Source: the human T2T-CHM13v2.0 reference genome, Homo sapiens. Taken from it: a stretch of 64,000 nt of DNA. The stretch lies in assembly GCF_009914755.1 (NCBI RefSeq), contig NC_060938.1; one strand, 5' to 3'. This document shows, piece by piece, positions 60,240 through 64,000 of the stretch. The notes beneath the pieces were generated by a model that had not been told where the DNA came from, searched no databases, and saw nothing but the letters and a program-made list of their open reading frames with translations. Positions within the stretch are counted from its first letter, which is position 1, and each line of letters starts with the position of its first letter. A program made the position numbers and the translations under genes.

Positions 60240-60696
60240 AGTGTCCTGGGCTGTGTCCTTGAGAAGTGGACTGTGATGGAGATGAATGTGCAGGGAGTCT
60301 GTTGAGTGCTCCCCGGGGTAACATCTGGGGAAGGGGAGCAAAGGAGAGGGGAAGAGAAGGGAAGGGGGCAGGATTGGGCAGGAGAAGTTGGGCTGCAACT
60401 GTTGATGCAGTCTCCACCAAGGCCTCAGCTGACCTCTGAGGAGCTTTGGAGTTGCAACTCCTCAGAGATTTCCTGAGTTAGGGCACAGGGCTCAAGAATT
60501 TACACTCCCACACTGATGTCACGGAATGCAGGCTGCTCTGGGAAAGGGTGTGATGTTGGACAAAGTGAATCCCTTCAGCTGAGACAATTCCCAAAGAGGG
60601 CTGACAGCTCAGGGTGGTCTGCTAACAGCACACCCAGCAACGGGGGAAATAACTGCTGCAGAGGGATCTAGGGGGCCCCTCCCTGCATCCACTGCA
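60240..60696 (-). mobile_element. LTR16-family ERVL LTR
   Basis: Reverse strand tgcagtggatgc...agatccc...gggaattgtctcagctgaaggga. Confidence 0.6.
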
Positions 60697-61145
60697 GGTG
60701 GATTAAAGGACGAGGGGTGCAGTGGATGTTCAAGAGCCAAACCTAGCATATCCCGGGATCCAGCACTGGAGATCCCTGTGAGCCAGTGCTGGGGACAGAG
60801 GGTTTCCTGCTGAGGGAGACAGGGAACCACTGACAACTGTTGAAAAAGGGAATGACAACTCAGGACTCTTCATGCTTTATGAAGATTAATCGGGAAGACT
60901 CATGTAATTCCTAGACATGGATGAGAAAGCCCACGGGAATGTGCAATAAGAACCACAAGGACAGAGACCTGGGCACGCATTGCAGAAACGGGTGGAGGAA
61001 GAGTGAGGGAAAGCGATGGAGAAGGAGCAGACAAGAAAAGGAAAGGAAAACTCTAGACTGAGGGTAAAGTCCACAATGCTGAAGAGTGGCCAAGCAGGAT
61101 GGGCACTGAGGGGGATAGCGTGTAACAGGTCATCAGAAGGCTCTT

Positions 61146-61606
<461 letters not shown>

Positions 61607-62179
61607 TCATTAAATTTTCACAACTCTACAAAGAAAGTATGATTATTTTCATTTTATGGATGAATACACTGAGAGGCTCAGAGAGGTTAAGTCACTTGCC
61701 CAAGCTTACACAGCAAGTTACAGAAAGAGATTGGGACCCATTGAGAGGAAAGAAAGGGGAGGCAAAAAGTGCAGGTTACTCTGATAAGAGGCGTTTCAGG
61801 TAGAGAAGGAGAGTCACCAGGGAGGAATGCGCATTTGATGTAGCTGGTTTTTTTCTTTTATGTGGGAGAGACATAAACAAGTTTACAGGCTGAGGAGGAG
61901 GAACTTGTAGAAAGGAGGATGTTGAATAATTAGGAGAGGGGAGATAATTTATGGAGCAAAGATATGGCAGGGAGGGAAGGGATCAGGATGCAGGAAAAGG
62001 GATTTTCCTTAAACAGGAGACAGGAAGGCAAGGTCAGGAAGGACAGTGAGGCCCATCCAGTGGCCCTTATTCCTCCTGTGAAATCTAAGAGGAAGGTAGA
62101 GAGAGAAGGTCCCTCACAGCCCCCTCTGTGGGGCTTGAGAAGCAAGGAAGGCTTGAGGTGGCTGCTGGGAGCCTGGGAG

Positions 62180-62652
62180 TAATGCAGGGCAGATGAGCCC
62201 CTAAGTTGGGGCTTAACCCAGGAGGGTTCTTAGTTTCATCCAGGAAAGAATTCTAGGGTGAGCCAGTGGTGTTAGACAGCAACTTTGATTGAAGCAGCAG
62301 TGTGCAGCAGCAGGAGAGCAGGGCTACCCCTAGGCAGGGCAGTGCACCCAGAATGGCAGCTCAGAGGCAGTTCTGCAGTCATGTGTATACCCACTTTTAA
62401 TAATATGCAAATTAAGGGGAAGATTATGCAGAAATTTCTAGAAAAAGAGTGGTAACTTATGGGTTGTCAGGTCATTACCATGGAAGGGCTGGTAACTTCC
62501 TGGTGTAGCCATGGCAATGGTAAACTGACATGGCATGCTGGTGGATGTGTCTTATGGAGAGGTGCTTTCGCCTCCTCCCTGTTTTAGCTAGTCCTCAACC
62601 TGGTCCAGTGTCTGAGCCGAGCCTCCAGAGTCAAGTCTTGCCTCCTACCTCA
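62180..62652 (-). mobile_element. MER66-like ERV1 LTR
   Basis: Reverse strand starts TGAGGTAGGAGGC...GAGGACTAGCTAAAACAGGG. Confidence 0.7.
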
Positions 62653-63296
62653 GGGAAACCTGGGGCCATAAAAATGTGCTAATACCACTGGGCCATGTTG
62701 TGAGCCTTGTCTGGGAATAGGGAGTGGGGACTTCTAGGGAAATTACCTGAGAATCATCAGGTGAGACTGATGAGTTTGGACATTCACTACCTCAGGAGGG
62801 CTGGTTTGAAAACCCAGGAGGCCCACCTCTGGTTCTGTTCCTGACCTTGCAATGATAGGATGTTAGGCAAACCTAAAAACTCTTGGGATTTCCACTATCT
62901 CACTGGTAGAGCCAGGGACTCATTAGCCTGGATTAGGAGTTGATGAAGTTGGAGAAAGTTGGCTAGAGACTCCCTGCTGCTCATGGAAAAAGCAGTGTAT
63001 GTTACTAATGGCACCACCCACTGCCTGTAAGAGCAGATATTCATGGTAAAGCAAATTCCCTAAGGTCCATACAATTGTTTCCATGGGGTGCAGTGTCCAG
63101 TGGGAAATGATGAGGCTCTGTGTCCAGGATACCAGGAGCCCAGCCTGACGCTGCCTCTAAAAGCCTCTGTGGGGCTTTGGCTAGGTCATTGCATCTTCTG
63201 GCCTCAGTTTCCTCTTCTTGGTTTATGACAAAGCAGACACTTCTCAGGGGGTCGATTTCTGGCCATTTGGAATAGAGGGCAGCTTCACATTGTCTA

Positions 63297-63647
<351 letters not shown>

Positions 63648-63811
63648 GAGTTGAGTTTCTCATCTCTTCTCCCCAACCCAACAGTAAGCACAAATATCAC
63701 AGATTTTCAGAGAGGGATCTGTGTGAACTCATCAGCCTAGTGACTAAGGCTTAGCATGGGTGTTGCAGCTGTGCATGGGCACCCATCATCAGACACAGCC
63801 TTCTGATCACT

Positions 63812-64000
63812 TGATATGGTTTGGCTGTGTCCCCACCCAAATCTCATCGTTAGCTCCCATAATTCCCACATTTTGTAGGAGGGACCCAGTGGGAGATAAA
63901 TGAATCATGGGCATGGTTTCCCCCATACTGTTCTCTTGGTAGTGAATAAGTATCACGAGATCTGATGGTTTTATAAGGGGAAACCCCTTTCACTTGGTTC
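63812..64000 (+). mobile_element. THE1 MaLR LTR (runs off the window)
   Basis: TGATATGGTTTGGCTGTGTCCCCACCCAAATCTCATC. Confidence 0.9.

Overview
Primate, very likely human, non-coding genomic DNA dominated by interspersed repeats. It holds about 30 Alu elements or fragments, L1 and L2 relics, MIRs, DNA transposons (MER75 piggyBac, Tigger4/MER46, MER5A, MER3, MER20) and many LTR elements. The LTRs include solo LTRs of three HERV-K groups (LTR13, MER9, LTR22), LTR12C, LTR8, MER21 and several MaLRs. I find no host protein-coding gene, RNA gene or CRISPR array. Almost all ORFs in the track are repeat-derived or chance. The most notable object is a full-length MSTA MaLR provirus (6762-9748). Its internal ORF is nearly intact (300 uninterrupted codons, then one stop), a MER9 LTR sits exactly at the LTR/internal junction, and a perfect 32-bp inverted repeat in the 3' LTR covers the poly(A) hexamer. 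Other items worth checking: a candidate decayed retrocopy on the minus strand (about 30860-32015), an exact 38-bp templated duplication, a diverged ~100-bp duplicate that keeps a STAT motif, multi-level element nesting and several enhancer-like unique blocks. Repeat family names come from my recall of consensus sequences and were not verified by search. Boundaries without a TSD are approximate.
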